DNA of 63,254 bases, filler included, from Octopus bimaculoides (taxonomy: Eukaryota): the NCBI RefSeq assembly GCF_001194135.2. It is 5 parts of 4 records of this genome, joined end to end, with 100 filler letters (N's around TTAATTAATTAA, not from the genome) between each part and the next. Parts side by side here need not be neighbours in the genome. Positions count along the whole stretch, not along the records: positions 1 to 14,092 come from NC_068991.1; positions 14,193 to 44,961 come from NC_068986.1; 3 more parts are not named here. One strand, written 5' to 3'. Numbering within the stretch: the stretch's first letter is position 1; every line of letters starts with the position of its first letter. The notes beneath the pieces were generated by a model. It saw only the letters and a list, made by a program, of their open reading frames with translations. It did not search any database and was not told the DNA's origin. The translations under genes were made by a program, and so were the position numbers. Shown in pieces: positions 13,395-26,930 of this stretch.

Positions 13395-13540
13395 TGAACA
13401 GAACACTGTGTACCACGCGTCGAGTGTAGAAGTGATCGCAGAACAATGTTGGATGAGATGTTTTGCTCAAGAACACAACGTGCCAAGCGATCTCAGAACC
13501 ACGACTGACCATCGTGAGCGCAAAATCCTCGCTACTAGGC
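13395..13540 (-). mobile_element. tRNA-derived SINE family C, degenerate
   Basis: gctcaagaacacaacg...cactaggccac is the reverse complement of a tRNA-like head; related to 37733-37925. Confidence 0.55.
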
Positions 13541-13679
13541 CACTTATACTTTCATTTATCGAGTACGATAAAACAAAGCACAAGTCAAGTACTGGAGAAA
13601 ACGCTATCGATTAGCTTCTTATCCTCAGAAGTGTTGGTCTTCTGTTTATATCAGAAACATATATTCATATTATCATTAG

Positions 13680-13990
13680 CAAAACTGGTACTCATTTTAT
13701 CGATCGCAATAGGAGGAGAGGAAACGTCAACCACGGAATTGAAGACGGACGAAATGCTGCTAAGCATTTTGACCGGCGTGCTAACGATTCTGCCAGGCAC
13801 AACGCCAGTTATCTTGAAATAGGTTAAGTCAATTACATTGACCCGCTACTTGACATTCTACTTTAATATATAGGACCCGAAACAGAGTGTAAAGCCGACC
13901 TCAGCGGAATTTGAGCTCAGAACGTAGAGACGGACGAAATACCGGTAAGCATTTCGATCGGCGTGGTATCGATTCTGCTAGCTCGCCGTC
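13680..13990 (-). mobile_element. Two adjacent SINE family A copies (about 13680-13806 and 13825-13990)
   Basis: Both carry gacggacgaaat..c.gctaagcattt....cggcgtg.ta.cgattctgc, the reverse complement of an A-box/B-box head. Confidence 0.75.
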
Positions 13991-14042
13991 TCAATAATAA
14001 AAATAATAATAACAATATATTTATATCTATCACATATTATGC

Positions 14043-14092
<50 letters not shown>

Positions 14093-14192
14093 NNNNNNNN
14101 NNNNNNNNNNNNNNNNNNNNNNNNNNNNNNNNNNNNTTAATTAATTAANNNNNNNNNNNNNNNNNNNNNNNNNNNNNNNNNNNNNNNNNNNN
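14093..14192. other. Assembly join spacer (44 N + TTAATTAATTAA + 44 N)
   Basis: An identical 100-bp structure occurs four times in the window. Confidence 0.95.
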
Positions 14193-14509
14193 CATGGACA
14201 ACTGTATGTTGGCTGCTCAAGAGTGGGCAGCAAAAAACCCTATTTGTATATGCTCCACAAGGGAAAACAAGGAACATTGTTTACAACGAGGTGTTATAAT
14301 CACAACAGCAAGAAAGTATGTACATGATCAGCTTCTTTTACGAAACTTCATTGACTTTCATATATTTATATTGATATACATATATATACGTGTGTTTGGG
14401 TGCGTGTGTGTATATACATCTCTATATATAAAGAGGATGCGTAGTCTAGACGGCGTTTTTAGATTTCATTATTCTCTTTAACCCGGGCAACGCCGGGTAT
14501 TTCTGCTAG
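14193..14509 (+). mobile_element. Helitron 3' end: PIF1-like helicase C-terminus plus terminal hairpin and CTAG
   Basis: HGQLYVGCSRVGS then, after a 1-nt frameshift, NLFVYAPQGKTRNIVYNEVL* (stop 14297-14299). Hairpin acccgg-gcaacg-ccgggt at 14481-14498, CTAG at 14506-14509 followed by T. Confidence 0.9.
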
Positions 14510-15600
14510 TATAATATATAGTTCAACTCAACATTTAATACAATATCTAAAAGTATTTTTGTTTCTGACCAAGTCATAATCATTTTGTATGGAAACTTTC
14601 TAAATGATTAGTATATAATTCCATATAATTTCTCATTGGTTTAGAAGTGCTTGCAGGGTAAATTTTCAAAGGATTTTTCATATGTATCGGTTTTGTAACT
14701 GAATATGCTGTAATAACTATTGTTTTCAGAATTGATTATAAATTTTTGAACTAAACAGCTTTTTTGTTTATACTGGCAGAGTTTTAAAAATGCAAAAGAA
14801 AAATACTCTTAATTTTTGTTCTTATCAATGTATTCATCAACTATTTACAGATATTAGCAGGTCAACGAGGACATGATACATTTATTTTGATTGTCTTCTC
14901 ATGGTCATTTCTTCTATTATAAGAAAGTGTAAGGAATATTTACTTTTAATAAACATTCTAGTTGTGAAGAGTTTCTTCATAAATTCTAAGAAATTAAGAT
15001 GTCAAAAAAAAAAAGAAAAGATAAAAACGCATTCCCAAGAATTTCCAATGCTGCTTTTACAGGGAAAGTAAACATTTGTGCCTGCTATGAATATTTCTTT
15101 GGAAAATATCTGTTGCTCTCTCTTACAGCTGATTAAATACAATAATTAGAAATCTGAATCAGCTAAGCCCAGAATAAACAGTCAAAGAGGTGTGTTTGTT
15201 CTAACAGTTTGATTATTGTTTTTAAGGAAATTGCTTGAAGTATATTAAAAAGGAAAAAAAAAAGAGAAATAATTACCATCCAATGACTCTGACATCAGTG
15301 TAAAATTAGTAATTTTTTTGTTTGTTTTTTTATTTTAGATACTGGCTAATTATTTACTTTCAGGAGTAGAGCAAGTGATAGTGATACAATAAAATACTTT
15401 ATAGGGTCAACTGTATATTTGCAATTTTTATGGTCACAACTGAACATTTGTCTTAAAGGTTTCCCTATAATGAGAGCTATTTTAAGAATTTCTTGGACAA
15501 TCTTCTAATCATGATCATTGAGTTACAGGAAATTTGACTTAGCTTTTTTAATATCAGTATGATATTCACATAGCATCACCCTTTTTTTCTTCCTTTTTTA

Positions 15601-16945
15601 AGGGTCCCTTGATCCTTTATCTGGTGATCAGTGCAGAAACGAGGGATAGATGAGTGGCTGGTGAGAGTTGTACAAGCCATGTACACAGATGCTACCAGTA
15701 AGGTGAGGATTGGCAATGAGTACAGTGAAGAAATCAGGGTACAAGTAAGAGTTTGTCAAGGATCAGTTCTAAGCCCCCTCTTGTTCAGCATAGTCCTCCA
15801 GGCAATAAGAGGAATTTAAGACAGGCTTCCCCTGGGAGCTCCTCTATGCTGACGACCTTGTTCTTATAGTTAAATCACTACCAGAACTAGAGAAGTTCCA
15901 GGGATGGAAGCAAGGTCTAGAATCAAAGAGCCTAGCAAAACCTAGCAAAAACCAAACTCTTAATAAATAGGAAGGCAGACAAATCACAAGTCCCTTCAGG
16001 TAGATGGCTCTGCTCAATCTGTAGAAAAGGTGTAGGTAGTAACTCTGTAAGATGTTCCTGGTGTAAGCTTTGGACACAAAAGGTTCAGCAACATCAGAGG
16101 AAGGTTGGACACATAAAAGGTGCAGCAACATCAGAGGAAGGTTAGCAGAGAAAATAGCTTTTGTGTGTGGTAGCTTTTGTGCATAGGAACAATAAACACC
16201 AAAAATGTACAGAAAATAGACTCCACCAGCTGCCATGGGGGTAAGCTAGAGGTAGTAAATAGCTTCTGTTACCTAGATGATCAAGTTAGTAGCGGAGGTG
16301 GATGCTCCGAGAGCATAGCTGTCAGAATAAGATTAGTCTGGGCAAACTTTAAAGAGCTTCTACCTCTGCTAGCAACAAAAGGCACAGAGTGAAAGGCAGA
16401 TTGTATGATGCCTGTGTGTGAACAGCTATACTACATGGCAGTGAAACATGGGCTGTGACATCCGAGGACACATGTAGGCTTGAAAGAAATGAAGCCAGTA
16501 TGCTTCACTGGATGTACAATGTCAATGTGCATGTTCGACAGTGTAAGCATCTTTTTACATGCAGGTGGCATGTAAAAAGCACTTTTCAAACGTTGAAAGT
16601 GGTTGAGCTCCTTTCAAATGTTGGGCCTCACAAAGGCAATGACCTTTGGTATTATGTTGTGCCTCACAAAGGCAATGACCTTTGGTATTATGTTGTGCTT
16701 CAGAAGACCCATCAAGCCAAGTAAAACCACAGTTGTGATAGATACAGTGTCGTGCAAATGGCACCCATGCTAGTGGTGCGTAAAAGCACCCATTTCACTC
16801 TTGGAGTGATTGGCGTTAGGAAAGGCATCCGGCCATAGAAACATGCTAAAACAGACTGGATTCTGATGCAGCCTTCCAGCTTGCCAGCCCTGGTCAAACT
16901 GTCCAACCCATGCCAGCATGGACAGTGGACGTTAAATGATGATGA
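15601..16945 (+). mobile_element. RTE-clade LINE, 5'-truncated and disrupted, with 3' tail
   Basis: GIDEWLVRVVQAMY...QGSVLSPLLF...PWELLYADDLVL; LEVVNSFCYL.D; LHGSETWAVTSED..RLERNEASML.WM. The tail ends gttaggaaaggcatcc...aacccatgccagcatgga...ggacgttaaa(tga)n. Confidence 0.9.
16625..16696 (+). repeat. Perfect 36-bp tandem duplication
   Basis: gcctcacaaaggcaatgacctttggtattatgttgt x2. Confidence 0.9.
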
Positions 16946-17859
16946 TAACATTTGTTGCATCATGTGAACTCAACCTAATAGTTACATGATCATTAGTATT
17001 TAACATGGTTAGGATTTCGCTGTAGGGGCATGGTATGCAAAGAACCACAACTACTGCTTTACTTAGTTGTGGGACAACATTACTGAACTTGAACAGATAT
17101 CTAGTCTACTGTAATGGTAACAAAAATGAAATTTGGGGCAATACAGTAAATAATTTAACAAAACATAAACGACAATGCATACTAGTTGGGATGTTAGAAG
17201 TTGGCCAGAGATATGGACAAAGTTAACTTTGTCCATACCTCTGACATTGGTGAGCACTGATATTCAGAAAGAGTAAATGTTTATCAGGAGCATTCAACTA
17301 CTTTCTCAGGAATGGAAATAACAACACAGCTTCACTGTCAGCACACCCATGTGAAAGAAGCTTGTGTCTCTTAGATGTGACTATTTTGAGATATACCTAC
17401 AATATTGAACTCTGATTTCTCCTCACCCCAAACTGATAAATCTTTCACCTTTTACAACATTAAATATTACAAAGCTCTTAGCATACTACAGAACTTTACT
17501 TCATACTCCTGTGTCCACTATGACTTTTCCTATTCATAGTACATCTGTTATCAGAACAGTTACATTAAATTGCTGTTTGCTCTGACCATAGAACACCACC
17601 ACAGCTGCATCAACTGGACATTCTTTTCAAAGTCAGTTTTTCCCATATATTGCATATTTATTACCCTGCATATTGTGTATATTTAAAGTTTCAATAACTT
17701 AAATATATCCTTGTGAGCATAGTGAAACAAGAATAACATTCTGTCTTTTAATAAAGACATATTTTCTTTGTTGTGCTTATTCTTCAGGTTTTTTCTTTTT
17801 GGTTTTGAGAACTTGAAAATGATTGTGGAGAAATCTTTTCAACTTTAGTTACAAGACGT

Positions 17860-18010
17860 GAATTTGGTGGGAGGGGACTAGTCAATTACATTACTCCAGT
17901 ACTCAACTGGTACTTATTTTATCAACCTTGAAAGGATGAAAGCAAAGTTGACCATTGTGACAGTTGAGCTCCCTATGTAAAGAAAGATGGAATTTTTCTC
18001 TGGCATACTA
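17860..18010 (-). mobile_element. SINE family A, degenerate
   Basis: gtcaattac...cagtactcaactggtacttattttatcaaccttgaaaggatgaaagcaaagttgacc. Confidence 0.65.
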
Positions 18011-19407
18011 AAGACACTACTAGAGAATTGCAAGATACATTTACTCTAAAAGTAATATTTTTATGTTGGTTTCATGGCGCATAATTATTGTGACCATTAT
18101 ATTGCACATATACATACATTTATTGTTTACTGTGTACATTTATAAAGCTAGTAGTCTCTAAAATACTGAGTTAAGTAACTTTTCTTGGGTGTTTTTTTCG
18201 AGTTGCTTAAAGTTATCTTAATATTTCTAGAAATAATTTTTTTCACAAATTTTTTTTTGATCTTTTGAAAAGAATTGTTCATTTCATGAATATATATAAA
18301 TCAGGTGTCACTCTCTGAGGAAATCGACTCATTATTCCTTTTACTGGGTGTTGAGGAATGCTTGGAACAATGGAGTACAACATTGAGGAAGTACACTCTA
18401 TCATACTGAAACATAAGTACAGCTGGTTTCTATTAGCGCTACAAGCATCCTTCATCTCGAGATCCCCATTAATTTGAAAGCTAACTCATGTCTAATTAGC
18501 ATAAGTATGAATAGAAAAAATACAAATGGTTGAATTGCAGTATAAATAGTAAGGAAAGATGTTACATTCATATCATTGCAACCTTGCATGTTTTACATAT
18601 TTTTCTGTCACGTATTCACTACTATTTATCGTGGCTGTAGAAGTTTGGGTTATGCAAATGAATAAAGAACTGCAGATGAATGCTTGACTGTAAGACTTCA
18701 TTACTGTCTCTATCAAAACTGTGAATGATTTTGTGAGATTTTAGTTGATTGATATAAATAAACCCCAATATATAAAACTGCAGATAAACATCCTCCAAAA
18801 TCTTGATTATATTGAAAATTAATTGAAACAACAAAGGCAGACTATCCATTAGAAATATAACCATGAAAGACTATGTTGGGAACGAGAGACATGGTCACAA
18901 TATTAAATACGATATGGAGTTTGTTCAGCAATTATGTCTTTGTTACTTTTGCAGACTGGCTGCATAGAAATTTAGCTCATGCCACATTGGTTGTGTTTCT
19001 CTTTGTTTTTGAATTGGAAGAGTGATGTTGAATGTGTCTAGAGGTGCCTCAGAAGTGTCAAGTTTACAACACTAGAACATTGATAAAAGGAAAAGGATGA
19101 TAAACTTCTGAGAGTTCTGCAGAAAATTAACTATGACTATATTTAATACTACATGGTTTAGTGGTTTTTAAATCATGATCATTGAAAAGAAATACAAAAA
19201 CGTCAGTTGGCCATAACTTCTTGCTTATAGTCACCCGTATTCAATTTGGCAGAAATTAAATAACAGTTAATTTTTATTGTTATTTTTAGTTGTAATAAAT
19301 GTATCAATTAAACATTTTCCTTTGGTCTCCATCTAATTTAAACTATAATATTAATTGTTGTAAGCCTGCTTTAATCTTTTGACCTCTAATATTGGCTTGC
19401 ACTCACA

Positions 19408-19466
<59 letters not shown>

Positions 19467-21359
19467 NNNNNNNNNNNNNNNNNNNNNNNNNNNNNNNNNN
19501 NNNNNNNNNNNNNNNNNNNNNNNNNNNNNNNNNNNNNNNNNNNNNNNNNNNNNNNNNNNNNNNNNNNNNNNNNNNNTTTTTTTTTTTTTTTTTTTTTTTT
19601 AATGTGAATGTTAGATGTTACTGTTTCTGATTGGAAGATTAGCTTCATGTTTCAAAGTAATTTTCTTATATAAATGGTTTTAGTTTTATACATTATCTTT
19701 GGAAGTGATTTCTTTCTGTTTTCTCTCTTCCTACTCTTTGGAATATTTGATGAGGAGTAGCAGCAACAATAATACTACAAGTGCATCAAATATTTGATAA
19801 TAAATACGCGCATGCACACACACACACACACCTTATAAATGGGATATGTATATATCTTGAGTAATTATAATTTGTAATACTTAGTTTTGGAGTTGCGTAG
19901 CAGTTGAAATGAAGAAGTCAGTGCAATAGAGGATAAGAAATCTGAACATTGCATCTTCTCTATTTAAATTGCTTCAGTTAGGAAAGGAATATGTTTCACA
20001 AGAAACATTTAAGGTGCTGTTATCATGTATTATTTTGGCACATAACCACAAATTATTGTGAAAGAGAATGGAGAATTATGGGTATTTCTGCCTTCCACAT
20101 TGGTATTAAGTATTGCAAGGAAAATGTATTGGTTCTAACTTTTATTTGAGATACATCATAGACTTAGCTCAGCAAGTGCTAAATATTCTTGAACCTAATT
20201 ATAATTCCTAATGTAGACACAAGGCCATAAATTAGAGCAGGAGTAGTTGATTAAATTGATTTAGCACTGGATTAGTACTTTTCTTTTATTTCCCAACTCC
20301 ACTAAGATGAATAGTGAAGTTAACTGCAAAGGTATTTTGTTCGCTTTGCAATCGAGTCAGTTTTCCAGCAATAGTATAATGTATAATATCATTTTAAACC
20401 TAATGATTTTAATAGTGATTTAACAAGCACAGGAGATGATAGAATCAGTAGGATGTAAGACAAAATACCTTGTGCTATTTATGTTTGGAGTTCAGATCCC
20501 TCCCATGTTGAGTTGCCTTTTGTGCTTCTATGTTGATACAATAAGTGCCAGTGAAGTAAGTATAAGAGTTGACTTGATCAGATAATTCCCTTCAAAGTGG
20601 TACCTCTGTGAAGTAAAAACCATCAGTATCATCATTGTTTTTTTTTATATATATGCTTTTCATGGACTGGGTTTTTTTTTTTGAAGCAGTGGTTTTTGGT
20701 TAGTTGTTCCTGTTACCACCTCCTTTGGTTACATCATAGATATGCAGGGACACTGTGTACCTATTCTATAACTGGGATAAAGGGCTACATAATTGTTTAT
20801 AATCTTTATATTATGATACTATTTAGAAAACCCCAAACTAGCCCCTAAATGACTGAAATATTTTGTCAGCATCTATCAAGTATTCCGTTGATCTTTATAT
20901 AATGACATATTGGAGATCTCTTTATATGTTTATCTATTTAATTATTTCTGTATTTTTTATAACCAAAAGGGCAATTCTGAGCATAGTTTAAAATAGCAGT
21001 TCGACTGTTTTGTACACAAATCTAGTTATCAGTGTCATGATCCCAGCATTCACACTTCCAAACCCACAGTTGAAGAGTCAAATATAAAGCCAGTTCTGTA
21101 TGTTTCTGTTGTGACTCATGATTTCCCTTGTTCGGATTTCCCTCACTAACCCACCTATTTAAGCATGGAAAGCAGTGAGAATAGTCAGTCATTAAGTATC
21201 ATTACTCTGAAATTTGCCACTTATTTGGGAAGGAAATTTGTACTTGCATATTATTTGCACAAAGATATGGAAGGGAAATATTTGTTACTCTGTATGTATT
21301 TGTAAAATGACTTGTGTGAGAGAGAGAGAGGGGGAGAGCAAGTATGCATGTGCATACAG

Positions 21360-21515
21360 ATTGGCTAAGTAGTTAAAAAGTTTTCTTTATAGTCATGAAG
21401 TCCCAGGTTCATTCTGCTGTGTTGTATATTAGGCAAGTGTTTTTTTACTATAGTTTTAGGTTCAGCCAAGCCTTTGAGTGAAATTAAGGTTGATAGAAAC
21501 TGTGAAAACCCATCA
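21360..21515 (+). mobile_element. SINE family B head, degenerate
   Basis: ggcaagtgttttttactatag...aagcctttgagtgaa...gatagaaactg, similar to the reverse complement of 26609-26930. Confidence 0.5.
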
Positions 21516-22147
21516 GATAGATTGTACATGTAATTCAAAAAGGTAGCTAGTTTTAACACTGTCATGCTCATCCTACCTGGGGATTATATGAAGGATATAA
21601 GTGTTTGTGGAATACTTGACCATTTATTCGATAATTAAATGACTGTTCAGTTGATCAAACAATTGGAGTACTCAAAACTAACAGGCCTATTAGTTTTACT
21701 TTGCTTTTATACATTCATACATTCTTGCTTATAGGTGAAGCTTTGAAAAGGATGAATGTATGTGTTGAAGGGAAACAATGTTGAAACAAAAGCAGTGCAG
21801 CCAATTTTGTATTCAAATAGTTTTAATTTGGAGTGAGAATTACTTTGGCTTAATTTTGTAACAGGAACTGATTTCAGATTAATCATGTTTTTTGATCTGT
21901 ACAAATTTATTTGAAAACTGCAAGGATAGAAGGGTGATTGTATGGCAGGAAGAAATAAATATGTTATGCTTTGTAAAAGCATGTCTTGAAAATAAATAGA
22001 TTAAAGATAGTTTGTAATTTCATTATGTCAGATATGTAATGACTTCAGAGACTCTGCATTACTAAAATGATTATGTGAAAACAAAACAACAAAAAAAAAA
22101 AACAATAAAAGTTTTTTTTTAATTATTCTTATCCATATTATGCATAG

Positions 22148-23402
22148 TATCGAGTCATCTCATAAATAATGCTCTTTTTTATACTTTTATTTTTCAAAAT
22201 TAAGATAAACAAAGTTCTTTTTTAATCTAAAATATACTCTCCTTCATTTTCTACAATGCTCTTCCATTCTATCTGGTAGACCTGCAAGGCCCATCTTCCA
22301 AAATTCACTTGTCCATGATGAAAAACACTCCTCCAGTACAGTTCTGACCTCATATTCATATTTTTTCTGTCCAAATGATTTTGAAGACTGCAGAATAAAT
22401 GATGATCGGATGGGGCAATGTCTGGCGAATATGGTGGGTGGGACATCATTTCCCATTCAAATTGCTCCAACCTTTGGAATGTCATCTTCACTGTATAAGG
22501 CCGAGCATTATCCTGATGGAAGAACACTTTTTGTCTTGAAACCAAACATGGTTGTTTTTCTTCTAGTGCTGACTTAAGTCACTCAAGCTGCTCACAGTAG
22601 ATCTCCTTTGTTATCATTTGATTTGGGTTTAAAAGTTCAAAGTGGACTAAACTTTTCATATCCTACCAAACAGATAACAACACCTTACATGGGTGAAGAC
22701 CTTCTTCAACCTGGGGTGCTAGTGTTTCCCCTTTCCCTACCCATTGTCTTCGGCACTTGATATTTTTATAGGAAACCCATTTCTCGTCACTATTCAGTCC
22801 AAAAAAGGTTCATTTGTGAGACATGACAGCAAAGAAGACTATGCATTCACTCTCTGCACATGATTAGACTCAGAAAGGAGCCCATTGACCCAATTTGCTG
22901 ACTTTTCTGATGACATGCAGGTGTCGACGAATGGTTGAATGACCAAATCCAAGCTTCTCTGCTAGTTCCTCATTAGTTATGATGGGATTTTGTTCCACCA
23001 GGGTTTGCAGGACATCCTCATCAAACTCGAAAGATATTCCAGGATGAGGCTCATCTCCTAGGCTGTAGTTTCCGGCTTAGAATTTCTGGAACCACTGTTG
23101 ACTTATTGTCCAATCCCCATATACTGCATTAATATTCCTTGCACTTTCCATTGCATTGTTGCTTTTATTGAACTCATAAAGCAAAACATGCCGAATATGC
23201 TCCTTTGTCACTTCCATTTTTGGCTTTTAAAATATGACTGTTAAAATTGAACTGCACTCTTCAAAACTTTCTCTAAGAATAAGTACAAGGTAAAATTACT
23301 ACTTGCTTTTATAACAAGTTGATGATGGTGGTTTATCCTGTGCCCCTCTGACTTTTAGTTCATGCAATTGAAAAACCGCATTATTTATAGTATGACCCAA
23401 TA
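22148..23402 (-). mobile_element. Full-length degenerate mariner (DD34D-type) transposon, about 1.25 kb, with both TIRs
   Basis: TIRs tatcgagtcatctcataaataatgc and (reverse complement) tattgggtcatactataaataatgc. ATG at 23217 gives MEVTKEHIRHVLLYEFNK; FHQDNARP and HPPYSPDIAPSD are present; the frame ends at 22222 with many stops and frameshifts. Confidence 0.92.
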
Positions 23403-23765
23403 TTTAACCAAAGATTTCTAACTAAACATTAAGATATATGAAGAACACTTTTGCTTCATACATGCATTTTACACACACACATAAGGTGTAGAACAAGAAA
23501 AAAGAAACAAGACAAGTGAAGTTCATGATCAAAATTATTGATGCTCAGAGAAATGGATAGAGTTAATTATGATGTGTTTTGAGCATTGCTTTCCTTCAGA
23601 ATAGGATTTTGAGTTGAACAAGAAGGAAAACAAGGAAAAATCAAAAGAAGTACAATCCAGGTTGAAAGTAATGAAGTTTTTGTTTGCATTATTTTTTTTT
23701 TTACTCACCTTCATGTATATATATAAATATATACATAAATAACTTCCTTTTAATAATATGCATAT

Positions 23766-23880
23766 TAAAGGTTGTGAGTTGGCAGAATTAGCACGCTTAG
23801 CAAAATGCTTGCTTTGCTTTTCATCCTTTCATGGTCAATAAAATAAGTACCAGTTGAGCACTGGGGTAAGTGACTTTGAC
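23766..23880 (+). mobile_element. SINE family A, internally deleted
   Basis: gagttggcagaattagcacg...tttcatcctttcatggtcaataaaataagtaccagttgagcactgggg. Confidence 0.65.
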
Positions 23881-26608
23881 TTAATTATAGCTGCTTTTAC
23901 CATGTGTAGTGATGGGGATGATGAATATCACACCAATTTCAATAATGAATGTTCCAAGATATGCTCAATTTGACAGTCTGTACAAGGCACTCTTTGTGTA
24001 GTCCTCAATATAGTCTATTTGATGAGCTTTCACACATTTTCAATTTACCCAGTTTTATTTCAGATTCTGTGCAGTTGGATAGGGTCTTTAACCTCATGAT
24101 TCCAATGCAAACTTTTTATGCAGTTGGGTATGCCTGTGCACAGTGTGCATATAGATATTAGAGCACACATTAAAATTTTTTTTTATATTCTTAGTAATGC
24201 AGACTACTTTAACCATTTTGACAAAGTTATATAATGTTAAATATGTTGATTTTTCAGTATTGGGAGGTGTATTTCTTTTTTATAGTTATTTCTTGCACTA
24301 TCATTAATTATTGATTGATTTCATTAGCATCATATTACTACTATGCTTGGCTTCTACTATTACAACAAACTTAGTAATGATAATACTGTCATGTTTTATC
24401 CAATACAAAAGCTACAAAAGAGATGCTGTATGTGTTTGCTGTATATGTGTGCACAAAGATACACAATTATGATAACAAAGATAAAAATATATCCCAATTG
24501 AAGAAATGAGATAAGGGAGTACAATAGCAATAATGTTATTTTGCATTCCATTTTGAAAGCTATTGTCTGGACATAAAAATATGAAAATGATTTGGTGTAC
24601 CTTTTAATAAAACTTTTGCAATGGTTTTTGCTGCATGGTAATATTTTAATCTATTCTCCAGCTGCCTTGGGGCACTTGTGATGATATATAAAACTATGAT
24701 CCATGATCCAAAACTACATGTTTGAAAATGAACTTTTTAACCACATAGCCTGCATCCATAACATATCTACTCTGCCATGATGTTAGGTTGAAATAAACAA
24801 GGAATATATTATTACTATATGAGCACAGAAAAATAATGATTTTGACTCACATACCTGGATCAAATTTTGACTGTCTGAAAAGAAATGTTAGAAATAAAAG
24901 ATCAATACTTAGTATTAATTGATTGGGGGGGTTTTTATGCTAGGAAGAAGAAAAAAAAAGAAAGGAGAAGAACCCAGAAAATATGTAGGTTTGTCATTAT
25001 GAAACGGTTAAGATTTCTTTTGCCTTGATTCAGATCATTGTCTAGTTATATAAGTTTGCTTCTTATGTATCGAGGTGTCTCAGATTACAGTGTATAACTA
25101 GGGCTTTGACAGTTTGCTTACAGCACCTGCTTAACTGAGCTTTTTTCTAATAAACAGTTGTGTTTTCCTAACTTAAGAAATATACAATGTTGTACATTAG
25201 TGTTTTTTCCATCAATATTTTGGCATCTGTAGTGAAGGCTATACCTCACTGATATAATGCCAGAACATGTACTAAGATGTCTTCTGTACTTGCAAGGTTA
25301 GGAAAATGAAAATATTAGTCATTGACTAATATTGTTTGTTTTTTTTCTTCTCTGCATAAATATTTCTAATTAGTTCTGGGTATTAAATATTTTCATACTA
25401 ACTTATCAAGTATTAAAATAAAATTGAATACAGATGATTCTTTTTAACTTATCTTAGTAACACCTAACTTGAACTGTTGAACAAAAGCAGGCATTTCATT
25501 TTGCGAACTAGCAACTCTTGAAAAGATGAGCTTAATTTCATTTTCTCATCTTGTAGTTAAATCGGGCATTACTGAATAAATAGTGTTTGGAAGTTTTTAA
25601 TCCTCACTTTCATTTGCTATTTGTTATATAAAGCAGTTTAAAGAAAGAGGACAATTGTGTAGACAAGTTGCCTTTTAGGTGTGTCTACTTTTACAACAAT
25701 AACTAATAACAACGACAAAATGGTAGGTGAAGATGAGGAAAATTTTGTGATTGTTTAGGAACTGCTACTATTGTTCATAGTACAAGAAATTAGATATATT
25801 TTATTTACAATCTCAGACCTTGTTGATGAAGTGTTGCTTAGTTTTATAAATAAAATAATGCAAGTACTGAGAATTTTAAAAAGTTATATTAGTATTAATA
25901 TTAATTAATAATAGTGTTTTTTTTAATTTGAAAAACTTTCATCTCAGAGAAATAGTTAAAGCAATAACTTCACTATAATCTTTGTTTGACTACTACTTTT
26001 TTTCTTCTTTGGATCTGTGTTTTTCTCCATACCATTTAATTTTATAAATGTACTCTTCAACAGCTTTCATAATCTTTATAATGCAACTTTGAAAATGATC
26101 AAAAAGTATGAGTTTTTTTTCAAAGACTAAATAGTTGACACCAAACAACTGATCACACTTTACAAAATGCAAGCTCATTTATTCCTGCTATTTGAATCGT
26201 TTTTTGTTTTTTTTTGAGAACACATGCATGCGCACATTCTCCTGTTTGAATTGTTCCTAAGCTGTCTATTCACTTAGCTGACCAACCATCTCTTATACTT
26301 TAACCATTTACCTCCTGGTATGAAATGTCTTCTCTCTTTTGTTGCAACTACAATAATTTTGCTCTCCATCTTCGACCAGTCAATATAAGCACCATATTTA
26401 AAATGTTTTATTGGCATAGTTTGTTATGCTTGGAGCATTCTAGTTGTCTTCTTAAGAGATATGAAAATGAACAAAATTGCCAGGAGTTTATTCCTGTAGT
26501 ACCTTTCTGTGTAAGAAACAATGATAGCTTTTATTTTATTGAAGATATTAAAAATGTTATGTAGCATATGTAATTGGCATAAGCTGTCTCACCTATAGAA
26601 ACAAGATT

Positions 26609-26930
26609 TACTCTCTTTTTACTTGTTTCAGTCATTTGACTGCGGCCATGCTGGAGCACCGCCTTTAGTCGAACCGCTAAGTTACGGGGACGTAAACACA
26701 CCAGCATCGGTTGTCAAGCAGTGTTGGGGGGACAAACACAGACACACAAACACGCATATATATATACATATACACAACGAGCTACTTTCAGTTTCCGTAT
26801 ACCAAATCTGCTCACAAGGCTTTGGTCGGCCCAAGGCTATAGTAGAAGACACTTGCTCAAGATGCCACGCAGTGGGACTGAACCCGGAACCAGGTGGTTC
26901 GTAAGCAAGCTACTTACCACACAGCCACCT
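26609..26930 (-). mobile_element. tRNA-derived SINE family B, near full length
   Basis: Minus strand begins aggtggctgtgtggtaagtagc (A-box-like) and gggttcagtccc (B-box-like), has an internal (TA)/(TG) tract, and ends gcggtgctccagcatggccgcagtcaaatgactgaaacaagtaaaaagag. Confidence 0.82.

Noticed and set aside
25222-25340. Hairpin followed by AGAACA (H-box-like), suggesting an H/ACA snoRNA
   Set aside because: No convincing second hairpin ending in an ACA box.
26880-26930. tRNA-like A/B boxes (also at 38640-38706, 38880-38943 and 37733-37790)
   Set aside because: They do not fold into complete cloverleaves and continue into SINE bodies. They are SINE heads, not tRNA genes.
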